Assembly: GCA_010093815.1 (NCBI GenBank)
Contig: ML996578.1
DNA length: 64,000 nucleotides
Reading direction: 5' to 3' (one strand)
From: Pseudovirgaria hyperparasitica
Taxonomy: Eukaryota
Shown here: positions 23,296 to 33,413 of the stretch, piece by piece
Numbering within the stretch: position 1 is the stretch's first letter
How the letters are laid out: every line of letters starts with the position of its first letter
The notes under the pieces: model-generated
The model's input: only the letters and a program-made list of their open reading frames with translations
Databases searched by the model: none
Told to the model about the DNA's origin: nothing
Translations under genes and position numbers: made by a program

Positions 23296-25110
23296 ATGGC
23301 TAGCCATGAATTGGAGCTGACAAACAGTGGCTTTCTCGTGAATCCGACGAAGACGCGGCCGGTCGCAACTCGTGCTTCATCCTCTTCAAATAACTCACAT
23401 TCTGCAACCTCGCGGGAGAAAGACCTGGAGAAGTTGGACCAACAAGATCGCACTGCTTTTCCGGATGACCTTGGCACGCCAAGTGAAAAGAATGACATCG
23501 AATATCATTATCTGGAATTTGATACTCCGTTGCCGGATCCCGATGACAGCGATAAACTTATGCGCGGATTATCCGCGCCTCCAGAGCCTCCGGACCTGAA
23601 AAGATTTGTGTCGCCGTACACCTGGCCGACTGCCCGGAAGCGCTTTATCATCATAGTATCGGTGATAGCCACTGGTGCAGCCGCGTTCTCTGCTGGATCA
23701 TATGCTCCCGGTGTGGCTCAGATGTCACAAGAGTGGGGAATCAGTGAAGTCGCGGCTCTAGTTGGAATCACAATATTTACGTGTGGGTTTGGAGTTGCAC
23801 CCATGGTTCTCGCACCCTTCTCCGAGATTAATGGACGCAAGCCCGTTTTCCTGGCTACAGGAGTACTCTTCATCGTATGCCAAGCATGCTGTGCGGCTAC
23901 TCAGTCGTATGGCGGCATGTTGGCAGCAAGATTCCTCGTTGGAGTTGGAGGGAGCACGTTCAGTACTATGGTCGGAGGCATCGTTAGTGATATATACTCT
24001 GCCAAGGACAGAAATACACCTATGGCGCTGTTCTCCGGTGCCGCTCTTTTAGGGACTGGACTTGGACCGCTGACGTGTGGATATATAGCTGAGTATACCA
24101 CATGGCGCTGGATCTTTGGCATGCAGGCCATTCTCGATGCTATCATTGTTGGCGTCGTTGCGGTGACGTTTCGAGAGACTCGTGGGAGTGTCCTCCTATC
24201 TCGAAGAGCTGCCCGACTCAACAAATACTATGAAGCACGCGAGGCCGCTGGCTATGACACCATGGCCATGGTTCTGGCGCCGGAGAAGCCAGAGGTCAAG
24301 ACGCCGCGAAGAATTCGCTGGAAAGTCCGTGCTGATGAAGAGCGTGTGTCGCTCCTGCAGATGATCAAGATCTCACTCGTTCGCCCCTTTCACCTCCTTT
24401 TCACCGAGCCGGTAATATTCTGGTTCTCTCTCTGGGTATCCTTCTCATGGGCTATTCTATACTTAACACTCGCGGCGGTCCCGCTAGTCACTGAAACAAC
24501 ATACAACTTTTCACTTAGCCAGGCGAACAGCGTGTTTGCCGCCATGGTTATCGGCAGTATCATAGCCGCCGTCGGATCGATATACCAGGAGCAATGGTAT
24601 GACGCCTGGGTCGCAAAGCAGGTCCACCTCAACAACGCCGACCCCTCCCGCAGTTCGAAGCAAAACGGAATAGCAAGATTCCTCACAAGTCAATCGAAGA
24701 GCCCCGAGCGGCGGCTGTTTTTCTGCTGCGCTGAGAGCCTCTTCATGGTCGTTGGCCTGTTCATGTTCGGATGGACTGCCATGCCGAACATACACTGGAT
24801 CGCGCCCAGTATCGCCATTGCGTTTGCCACAATTGGTATATTCTCCATATATCTTGCCGTCTTCAACTATCTAGCAGACGCATATGTGCAGTATGCATCG
24901 AGCGCGTTGGCGGCGCAGAGTTTTTGCCGGAATCTGCTTGGCGGTGCGTTTCCACTCGTGACAAACCAGATGTATCGAAAGCTTGGATATGGGCCTGCGA
25001 GTAGTCTTCTAGGAGGTATTGGTTTAGCATTGACGGCTGTGCCGTGGGTGCTGGTAGCTTTTGGCCCGCGCATAAGGAGGCGAAGTAAATTCGCGAGTGC
25101 GTTGGCATAG
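23296..25110 (+). CDS. MFS transporter, DHA1-like (drug:H+ antiporter), 604 aa, intronless
   Basis: About 12 hydrophobic segments. Motifs PYTWP..RK, APFSEINGRKPVF (motif A), ARFLVGVGGS, VRPFHLLFTEP, PERRL, NYLADAY..YASSALAAQSFCRN. Confidence 0.95.
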   Translation: MASHELELTNSGFLVNPTKTRPVATRASSSSNNSHSATSREKDLEKLDQQDRTAFPDDLGTPSEKNDIEYHYLEFDTPLPDPDDSDKLMRGLSAPPEPPDLKRFVSPYTWPTARKRFIIIVSVIATGAAAFSAGSYAPGVAQMSQEWGISEVAALVGITIFTCGFGVAPMVLAPFSEINGRKPVFLATGVLFIVCQACCAATQSYGGMLAARFLVGVGGSTFSTMVGGIVSDIYSAKDRNTPMALFSGAALLGTGLGPLTCGYIAEYTTWRWIFGMQAILDAIIVGVVAVTFRETRGSVLLSRRAARLNKYYEAREAAGYDTMAMVLAPEKPEVKTPRRIRWKVRADEERVSLLQMIKISLVRPFHLLFTEPVIFWFSLWVSFSWAILYLTLAAVPLVTETTYNFSLSQANSVFAAMVIGSIIAAVGSIYQEQWYDAWVAKQVHLNNADPSRSSKQNGIARFLTSQSKSPERRLFFCCAESLFMVVGLFMFGWTAMPNIHWIAPSIAIAFATIGIFSIYLAVFNYLADAYVQYASSALAAQSFCRNLLGGAFPLVTNQMYRKLGYGPASSLLGGIGLALTAVPWVLVAFGPRIRRRSKFASALA

Positions 25111-26020
25111 GATTGGAGAGAGTGGCTTTTTTCTCGAAATATCAAGAGGCATTATGGACTATGTATAGAGTAGAAACTTGATGGTTTGGGATATGCAAAC
25201 ATATAGAAGGCAACATTAAGATGGCGATATCTAGATTCAAATTCCGGAGCTCGAATTTCAAGCCCAGATTTTGCCAAGGCCGCCACTAACCTTGGTATTC
25301 GCACCGCGTTACGAGCTGCTTCAAATCGGTGTAAGCACCGCATCTGATGGCCCCTATCTAGACGCGTACAACTCACCAGCAGTCAGACGAGAGTGACATT
25401 TTTCCATTGTATTACATCGCGACGTACTCACCCCACGATTTTGACTTGGACGAGCACATGCGGAGTCTTGTCGCGGCGCCAGGGCAATTTAGTTTATAGG
25501 CGATGCAGAGGAAGGCGTTCATATACATCCCGTTTGTAAACACTTGTTCCCTTGTTTTTTGTGAGCCGCGACATCAGCTCACCATCCTAGGATAGGCTGC
25601 GCTGCCTTCTTTATCTAGTTTTGGCCGCGTCCTACCCCAAGGCAATGCTGAGTACTCCTTGTGTTGCTGGGGCTGTGCTGACCACCCAGCACTGCAGAAG
25701 CCAATGAACAAGCATCGACAGTGATGCTACAATACTATCCGCAAGGATTCCAGATGAAACTTGTTAGTCTGTGGGGCCGTCCGCTAGAGTCGGCTACAGT
25801 GAACGCTTAGCATCAGCTTTGGACTATCTATCCATAATTCCAAGCCCACTTTAGCGCCCTTAAGAAAAGACCCTCCTTATAATACTGGCCCCATGCGATA
25901 TGGATGATATGAACTGAATGAGCTAATACTCGGAATGCCGAGACATTTGCACTTCGTCAGATTGCGCGCCTCTCTCTCCACTTTCTCTTCCTCAAGGGCT
26001 ATGTTTTTTGCTCTTCATGA

Positions 26021-27988
26021 ATGAGCCAAACTGGCTCCCTAGCGCTCATGGAGAATGCATTGTCTCGAAACGCCATGGTTGCGCTGGTCGCATTTGTATT
26101 GTTCTCTGCGCGCTCTGTAATAGCAGCAGGTAGTCCGATTAATTTGCCTCCGAGCCAGTGGTGGTGGGTTTACAATCAAACGTGCTGGAAAATTGACAAT
26201 CTAATGTCTCTTAGGGATGGTAACGATGGTCCATGGTCTACCTTCAGCATCCTCGTTGGAACGCCCGCCCAGAACGTTCGCGTCATTCCTGGCACCGGCC
26301 AATCGTCAACCTCGGTCGTCGATTCCGCATATTGTTATAATTCCGATGGCAGCGTCAAATACACAGATTGTCTGAAAGATCGTGGACTGATGTACACGGC
26401 GGGTGACTCGAGCACGTACGAGTCAAAGGGCATGTTCGATGTCAGCCTCTATTGGGAGAACAACCTGGGCATAGCTGCAAACGCTACGTATGGCTACGAC
26501 ACCATTACATTGGGCATTCAAGGCTCTGGCCTTCCAAGTCTGACTCATCAGCTCATAAGTGCTGTTCAGGTTCGCCAGTATTGGCTAGGGACGTTGGCGC
26601 TCAATCCTCGCCCTCTAAACTTTACCGATTTGAACAATCCGCAGGAGAGTTTACTTCAGGCTCTGCGCAAACTCGATGACCCAATTCCAAGTACAAGCTG
26701 GTCCTATACCGCGGGATCATACAATCACGAACCGAAAGCTTTTGGCAGTCTTGTCTTAGGTGGCTATGACACAACATACTTCACTCCCAATGACGTAACC
26801 TTTGATTTTTACCAAGACATTTCAACGGACACCATGGTTGCTGTACAATCCATCGGGTCTAATATAACAGATCAGTCGCTTCTAAGCTCAGGCATATTCG
26901 CTTATGTCGACACCTTGGTTCCTGAGATCTGGCTACCAACCGCGGCGTGTCAAGCCTTCGAAGATACGTTCGGGATAGAATGGGATGAAACGGCCAGTCT
27001 TTACAAGATCAATGATACGATTCATGATGATTTGCTACAAAAGAATCCGGTCGTCACTTTCAAGATTGGGCCTGGTCTGACAGGCGATGCAGTTAATATC
27101 GAGATGCCTTATACCAATCTCTATTTAACTGCCTCGTCGCCGAAGGTTCAGAACAGCACGCGATACTTTCCTCTGCGGCGAGCAGAAAGCGACAATCAGT
27201 ATACACTAGGCCGCGCCTTTCTCCAAAGTGCGCATCTTTCAGTCGACTACGAACGCCAAATATTCAATATCTCACAAGCGTTGTACCCATCAAGCAACAC
27301 ACCACAAAACCTTGTCGCGATCCTCGAGCCGACTGTATTAACCGCAAATAGTACCGACGTTACTCAATCAGGACACGACAGACTAGCTACAGGTGCAATC
27401 GCCGGGATAGCAATCGGCGCAATCGCCGTAATCACGGTCGTGGTCATAATTTTCTTCTTTGTCTATCGTAGACACCGCCGTGCAAAGAACACCCCCTTCG
27501 ACCCACGATACGACAAAGCCGAGTTAGACGCCATCGAACAAAATATTACCATCGGCCCAAACAAACAAGAGCTTGACGCCAGCAGCGATACCCCCCACGA
27601 AGTACTCGGTGGCACAGACTCCCAGGCTGAGCTTGACGCTGACGAGCGCTCCAAACGCCAGGAGGTTGATGGCGATGTTCCACGTCCAGTCTTTGAGATG
27701 GCGGCTGAGCCAGTGTCACTCCCGGAACTCGACACTCCGGACGCAAAGGATCCGGATGCAATATCAAGAATGAGACATGAGATGCCAACGTCGTCGAATG
27801 ATCCGCATGCATCGGAAAAAAGTGCACTGGAGGCGCATCAGCCTGCGGAGCCTGTGCAGAGGCCTTCACCGAGGTATGAGGAGGTCCTGCTACCGCCGTC
27901 GGTTGGCTCCAGGACAATTTCGCCACAGGCGGTTGCAGAGCATATCAATCGGCGGCTGTCGCCAGACAAGAGAGGCCGAAATCCGTGA
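26021..27988 (+). CDS. Membrane-anchored pepsin-like (A1) aspartic protease homolog, probably catalytically inactive; 2 exons
   Basis: Signal peptide (start ATG 26021 or 26048). In-frame intron 26164-26214 gives WDGNDGPWSTF..VGTPAQ. Other motifs: SWSYTAG, GSLVLGGYD, YTLGRAFLQ..VDYE. One TM (GAIAGIAIGAIAVITVVVIIFFFVY) followed by RRHRR and an acidic tail. Confidence 0.9.
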   Translation: MSQTGSLALMENALSRNAMVALVAFVLFSARSVIAAGSPINLPPSQWWWVYNQTCWKIDNLMSLRDGNDGPWSTFSILVGTPAQNVRVIPGTGQSSTSVVDSAYCYNSDGSVKYTDCLKDRGLMYTAGDSSTYESKGMFDVSLYWENNLGIAANATYGYDTITLGIQGSGLPSLTHQLISAVQVRQYWLGTLALNPRPLNFTDLNNPQESLLQALRKLDDPIPSTSWSYTAGSYNHEPKAFGSLVLGGYDTTYFTPNDVTFDFYQDISTDTMVAVQSIGSNITDQSLLSSGIFAYVDTLVPEIWLPTAACQAFEDTFGIEWDETASLYKINDTIHDDLLQKNPVVTFKIGPGLTGDAVNIEMPYTNLYLTASSPKVQNSTRYFPLRRAESDNQYTLGRAFLQSAHLSVDYERQIFNISQALYPSSNTPQNLVAILEPTVLTANSTDVTQSGHDRLATGAIAGIAIGAIAVITVVVIIFFFVYRRHRRAKNTPFDPRYDKAELDAIEQNITIGPNKQELDASSDTPHEVLGGTDSQAELDADERSKRQEVDGDVPRPVFEMAAEPVSLPELDTPDAKDPDAISRMRHEMPTSSNDPHASEKSALEAHQPAEPVQRPSPRYEEVLLPPSVGSRTISPQAVAEHINRRLSPDKRGRNP

Positions 27989-28553
27989 ATGCCGTGATGT
28001 TTCTTGTTACAAGAAAAGTCAAAAGTATCTCGGCAATACGCGAGCTGGCTGTTGATAGCCCGCCGTGGAAGATTGAACTTTTACGTCCTTAAAAGTTACA
28101 AATACCCCCAAAGACTGAGAGAACGAAATGTGCAGCTACACTACTGCCGTTTGCCGTCTTCAAATGTGCAGCAAGACACCTTACTCCCATGCAAAGTCAG
28201 AAGCTCAACGCAGGTCGCCGTATCACCTTAGCCATGAGTCAGACGGTAAGAGGAATGGCAGAATGTGGCACTCCAATTTTAGCTAGGTTACCAGAGGCCA
28301 GAAAGCCTCCAGTCGTAGGACCGAGCGTATCATGTGGTGTGTTTGGGACGAAAAGTGTATACTCATCAAGGATTCATTTGAGCGTGAAAAGATAGAGTGA
28401 TAGAAAATGACTTCTATACTATACTATTAAAGAAAGACAACCTAGATAGTACTACTATGTACATATTCGAGCTATCACTGTAGTAGTAAGACTATAGTAG
28501 TAAGACAGCGTGTAGTAATGCATCATGACATGGGTAAATATAACGTGATATAG

Positions 28554-28826
28554 AACATTGGTCTAGGGATACTCCGGAGTTAAGCCGAGCCATAAGAGAT
28601 TATTTATATACTTATGGATAGGTCTATACCTAAGTACTTAGAAGCTATAATGAAGACTAAGGGCAATTAAACTATATAGTAATCACGATAGCTTCTATAC
28701 AGGGCCCAAGGTAGGCTTAGATATGGGTATAAACATGTATATATACAAGAAGAACTATGTCATATAGACTATGGTTAAGACAGACACTCCGGGTGAACTC
28801 TACTAGAGTGACCCTAGACTAATGTT
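28554..28826. repeat. Degenerate long inverted repeat in an AT/TpA-rich island; possible MITE/foldback relic
   Basis: AACATTGGTCTAGGG (28554-28568) pairs with CCCTAGACTAATGTT (28812-28826) at 14/15. AGAAGCTATAATGAAGACTA (28640-28659) pairs with TAGTAATCACGATAGCTTCT (28677-28696) at 16/20. Confidence 0.6.
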
Positions 28827-29610
28827 TCATTACTATGTATCTAGCTTTTCTTGAACTCTACTCTGATTATTATCTTGCCTGAAGTGTAAACGGTATGGTA
28901 TGCATGTATAGGGGGTAGGTGATAAGGGTCTAGAGTTTTAAGGTGGGATCATATCTATCATAGAGATGGCACATGTATGGAGGAGTGATAGGTGGAAAGT
29001 ATGCATTATCTGATAGCGTGATGTCTGTTTGACTCCGTTATGTATGTGTCTCCGTGTTAGTTGGGTAGGTATGCGTCGTAGTTGCCTGCCATGGATGCGT
29101 CTTTCCGTCCTCTCGTGCCCAAACTTGGTAGATAGCTATACATACATGAGGTGACACCAGTACAAGTACCTGGTCCATGTTACATATGACTTCTTATGAC
29201 TGGCATAGTACACTATACGGTCCTGAAGGAAAACCTCTCAGATCCTTCTAACGCAATGATTATAATCTCTTACACCTAGGAATTCTTCTAAAATAATGTA
29301 CTTATCTTTTGGTGAATCGTAAGACCAATTCATATGCAACTTTGAGCTAGTACTTCGAGTAATCGTATGGTTATTCCAGTACTTTTGCTAACTTCCGTTC
29401 ATGTCTAACTACAGCCTTGGCGAGAAAGTGCAATGTACGGGGGAAGAGTGCGTGGAAGGTACGAGAGACATGTACGTACCCAAGTCGTTTCGTTCTCGCG
29501 AGACTTTCCTGACTACACCCACTACCGTTGAACAAGCACTCTCCCAACTATCCATCGGATTCAATTCCAATCCGTTCATTCTCGTGTCCAATATATTTCT
29601 ATTTACAACC

Positions 29611-30210
29611 ATGTTTCAATCACCCTTACCCGACTGGGTGCTCCTTCTCGAAGACTGGAAAGTCCCTCCATCCAAGCTCCCTCCTTTCCTATACTTCGTC
29701 AAGTTTCCCCATGCGCCTGACTACAACAAACGTACCCAATCTTACCACGCCCGCGAACACCAAAGTCCTTTCCACCTCAAGCCCCACAAAAACAGAATCG
29801 AGATGCTGAAAGCCGGTCGGGGTGGCTACAAGGACGGCAAGGGCATAGCAGTTGGCAACGCCATAGTCCCGTTGATTGTCTGTACATCCAAGAAAGCCGA
29901 GGCCGAGAGATTGGCCCGCGAGTACCAGCCCTGCCTCGGTGGGTTTCTGCAGTTCCATCATAAGCGGGACTGCTTTGTCGTTACTGTCGACACGGAAGAG
30001 CTCTGCAAGGACGAGTGTATTGTTGTGATGAAGCCGCAGCCCTTTATGAAGAATCATAGAATAGAGCCGCGGAAGAGGCCGAAGGTCAAGTACAGCTTTG
30101 GCGCTGATATGTTTTTTGTCGCGTCACATGTTCCAGCAAGTGCAGTCGTGCATACTCGCTTGATTCAGGAGAGGGCTGAACGTGAGTTGAAAAGCCTACA
30201 TATTTTCTGA
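29611..30210 (+). CDS. Orphan hypothetical protein (~199 aa from ATG 29611; the frame is open from 29401)
   Basis: Long ORF with coding-like composition downstream of ACAACCATG at 29611. No recognisable family motif. Confidence 0.5.
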   Translation: MFQSPLPDWVLLLEDWKVPPSKLPPFLYFVKFPHAPDYNKRTQSYHAREHQSPFHLKPHKNRIEMLKAGRGGYKDGKGIAVGNAIVPLIVCTSKKAEAERLAREYQPCLGGFLQFHHKRDCFVVTVDTEELCKDECIVVMKPQPFMKNHRIEPRKRPKVKYSFGADMFFVASHVPASAVVHTRLIQERAERELKSLHIF

Positions 30211-30934
30211 GGGTGACTTGGGCTGATTCTGCTATATTGAAGATCTCAAAGTCTGTCATGCGAAAGTGCCTGAGATGCTTAAAGACTGTACGGTTATGTG
30301 ACTGACGAGTTGCGAGAGAGAGAGAGAGAGAGCGAACAGGGAATGAGGGTGTTTGTTATCCTATTACGTCGGCTAGCAGGGACTCTAGTTTTGAAGAGTC
30401 AACTGCCCCTCTGTAAGGAGTACGCTGAGACAATGCTTGAGGATGAATACTACACTCACTCTATCAAGTCGTTCTTTACAGCTAGAACACGAGTACGTTT
30501 TAATAGAAAGTATTAGGATAGATGACCATTACTGTTATCCCCCTAATATGCCTGACCATATGCCTTGATTGAGGGTGCTAATCTATGGCTTACATAGAGG
30601 CATTATTCATATTGAATCCTTCGGCTAGTCCGACTGAACGCCTTTGCTCATAATCCCAAGGTTCCTATTGAAATATTCCCATGCCGTACCGTAAAAGGTA
30701 CTTTTGAGAACGCCAAGAATGCAATTTTGACCCATTTCCGCTAGGTACATCAGTGGTCATCGTCGGTTGAGTTAAGAATTCAAACCAAAGATTACCTAAA
30801 AACGTTCATTCAATTAAACTTGCCATTATCGTCCAGTAGTGAGAGAAAATGCAGGAGTTAACGTTAACATCATAAGATCGCTCGCTAAATGAGGGCTTGA
30901 TAGAGCTGTTCAAAAAAGGTTTTCATCAAACTCT

Positions 30935-33413
30935 TTACATGCTTGGTGGGTTAGAAGTTTGGTTCGGGCCGGTCTGATTCATTGATAAGCCAGTTTGAGG
31001 TGGTTGAAAGGGACTTCTGTGAGAACGTCAGCGGTCGTGGGAGGACTGAACGAAATCTTCACTTACAGATTTAGGATTTGCATCCTTGGATGTCTACCAT
31101 TGCCTACGTTCTCTGTTGGTAGCCCTTGTCCTTGTAGTATAGTGACCGCGGTTTGTAATTCTCGAATTCGAGCGTCGAGCTGTTGCAAAAATTTATCAAC
31201 ACGTTGCTGGTAAAGACGGTCCATCTTTATTTTTTCCGCAAATTTGTTGTTTATCGTGCTTATGATGACGTTGTGTAGAGACGACGAGTCGATGTGGTTC
31301 AGGCGATACTCATGGTTTCTGACCTGTTCAAAATACGCAGTGACATCGTTGAGGATTTTCTTGTTTTCCTCCATCTTGACAATAGGAAGACTAGCGGCAA
31401 ACTCTCGAATCTTCTGTTCCACAACTTGCGTATCCACACCAGGTTGGTCCAACATCTGTCGTGATTCCTTCATGCGATCCACCTCATTTTTCACGAGGTC
31501 GATCTTCTCCCCCAGGTCGTTGAGCTTGGTAGCCGTTCTTCTTGCACTAATTTGTTCGTCTTGGGTCGTCTTCAAGGTTTCAGATATTGCATTGATGTCG
31601 CCTTGGCATGAGCCAAGCCTCTCTTGTATCGACACTGTATCCGCCTGCAACGTGTCGATAATTTTAAAGTATTCCTCCAGAGCTGATCGCATGTCTCGAC
31701 TATTCTCTGCAAATATCGTATCCATAGCTCCGCTGACTACATCAATAGTTTTGTTTACGAGCTCGTCTGGGTTCACGGGCATCCTTCCAGCCTCTTCATT
31801 CGAGCTGCCTGCAAGTAGTTTATCATAATGCAGATCTGTAAGGACGTCCTTAATCTTGGACTCTAAAGTTGCAGTGTTACCCTCAAGCTCTGAGCCTAGT
31901 TTAGCCTCCACGTGACTGATTTTAGCCCCTTGAGAGGTGACTAAACCCTTTAGTTTCTGGAAGTCGTTTCGTATTTCCTCATGATGTTCCTTGACGTGCT
32001 TCTCAGCATCGTTTGTCTGCTTCTTTATCTGGTTGGTTTCCTTCTTAAGATCCAGAAGTTCATTTAACATCTTCTTACGGGCCTCAGACGAAACCTTTAA
32101 TTCTTCGGATACGATAGACCGTGTTTGTTCGTCGAGTTTCTTAATCCTTCTTTCAATATCAGACATTCTTTTGCTCGTCTCGAAAATTTCTTTAGTTGCT
32201 CCTTTGACAGTATCGTCAAGTCGACGGACGGTCTTCCCGTTCTCAGACAAAGTCTGATCGAAGGCTTCAACAGTCTTCGTCATGCTACGCTCGCATTCTT
32301 GGAACTTCTGATGACTTACTTCCTCGACCTTCGTCAGCATTTTCTGACTAGAGGCTTCGGATTCTTCCATTCTTGTCAAGATATTCTTGCTAGACACATT
32401 AAGCGAGGCGAAGTCTTCTTTAAGTGCTTTTATCTCACTACGAGCCTTCATGAGACTAGCTGCGTCTTTTTCGCGTTCGTCTTTCATCTCATCTAGAGCT
32501 CTTATCGCGGCAACATGTTGTTCAAACAGTTCCCGGTTTGCGTCTTTTGACTCTGCATTCTGCTTCATCAGCTCGTCATACTTCTTGTCCAATTGGGTGA
32601 CTTTGTCATTCAAGCATTTTAGATCTGCAGCTTTGAGTTCATGTTGGTCGAAGTCTCGACGTACGTCCGCGAGAATCTCCTGGTGCAAGGCCTTTGTGTC
32701 CAGCAGGTCGATACTTTTAGTCCTGCTGACTTCTGCGGCTCGATTCGAAGGCCGGAGAAATTGTTCAAGCGTGGGGTGCTCCTGCATCTTCTTTTCCCAA
32801 TGATCTAAAGTTTTCTTCTTGCTCCCAAGCTTACGGTAGGCTTTCTTCTCAGTCTCCTCTTTAGTCATCAGGAGTTGAGGATAACTCTTGTGACGCTCCC
32901 TAGAGGTTTGCAATTCCACCTTTGCCCTCTTATGCTCTTCTAGAGCATCATCATATTCAATAGATGCTTTTGTTGCTGCTTGAAAGACTTGTAGAAAAGC
33001 CAGATCGTCAGTCAGCTTTGCGGTTGCTACCACAGGGCCTTTTTGATTGTTTCGTGGGGCTGGCAGATCGTAGGAGGCTAGCACCGGCTGAGGAGGTGAT
33101 GTGACTTTCGACTGAAAGTTTTGTGGAGACGCTGCCGCTTCTCGTTGTGTTTGAGGTTGTGCAGCTCGGGCTTGAGGTTCAGGTCCTTCTTGGGCTTCTT
33201 GTTGCGCGTCTCCCAGTCTTTGTGTTGGGCGATTGGAAGCGATTTCAGGCCTATATGGAGACCCAATTCCTTGTGTGTTCTATCGATAACTCGATTAGCC
33301 CTTCTAAAATTTGACATGACGTAGGCTCCTACCACAGTTCTAGGCATCTTGTTTGGGTGATCAGAGTGCGGAGGGCTGCGTATCCGGCGCTTTGCGCTGC
33401 CTTGACCGCTCAT
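30935..33413 (-). CDS. Long coiled-coil hypothetical protein, 3 exons (~790 aa)
   Basis: ATG 33413 (MSGQGSAKRRIRSP; ATG 33511 is also possible). Phase-0 intron 33332-33280 (GTAGGA..GCTAAT..TAG) joins in frame to the 673-aa ORF. Intron 31066-31017 (GTAAGT..GCTGAC..CAG) gives a final exon ..LSPFQPPQ..PPSM* (TAA 30937-30935). The body is E/K/L-rich and heptad-like. Confidence 0.8.

Noticed and set aside
30314..30331. (GA)n tract, plus other short microsatellites near 39134 (TGTCAG) and 53332 (TCTTG)
   Set aside because: Ordinary simple repeats with no spacer structure; not CRISPR-like.
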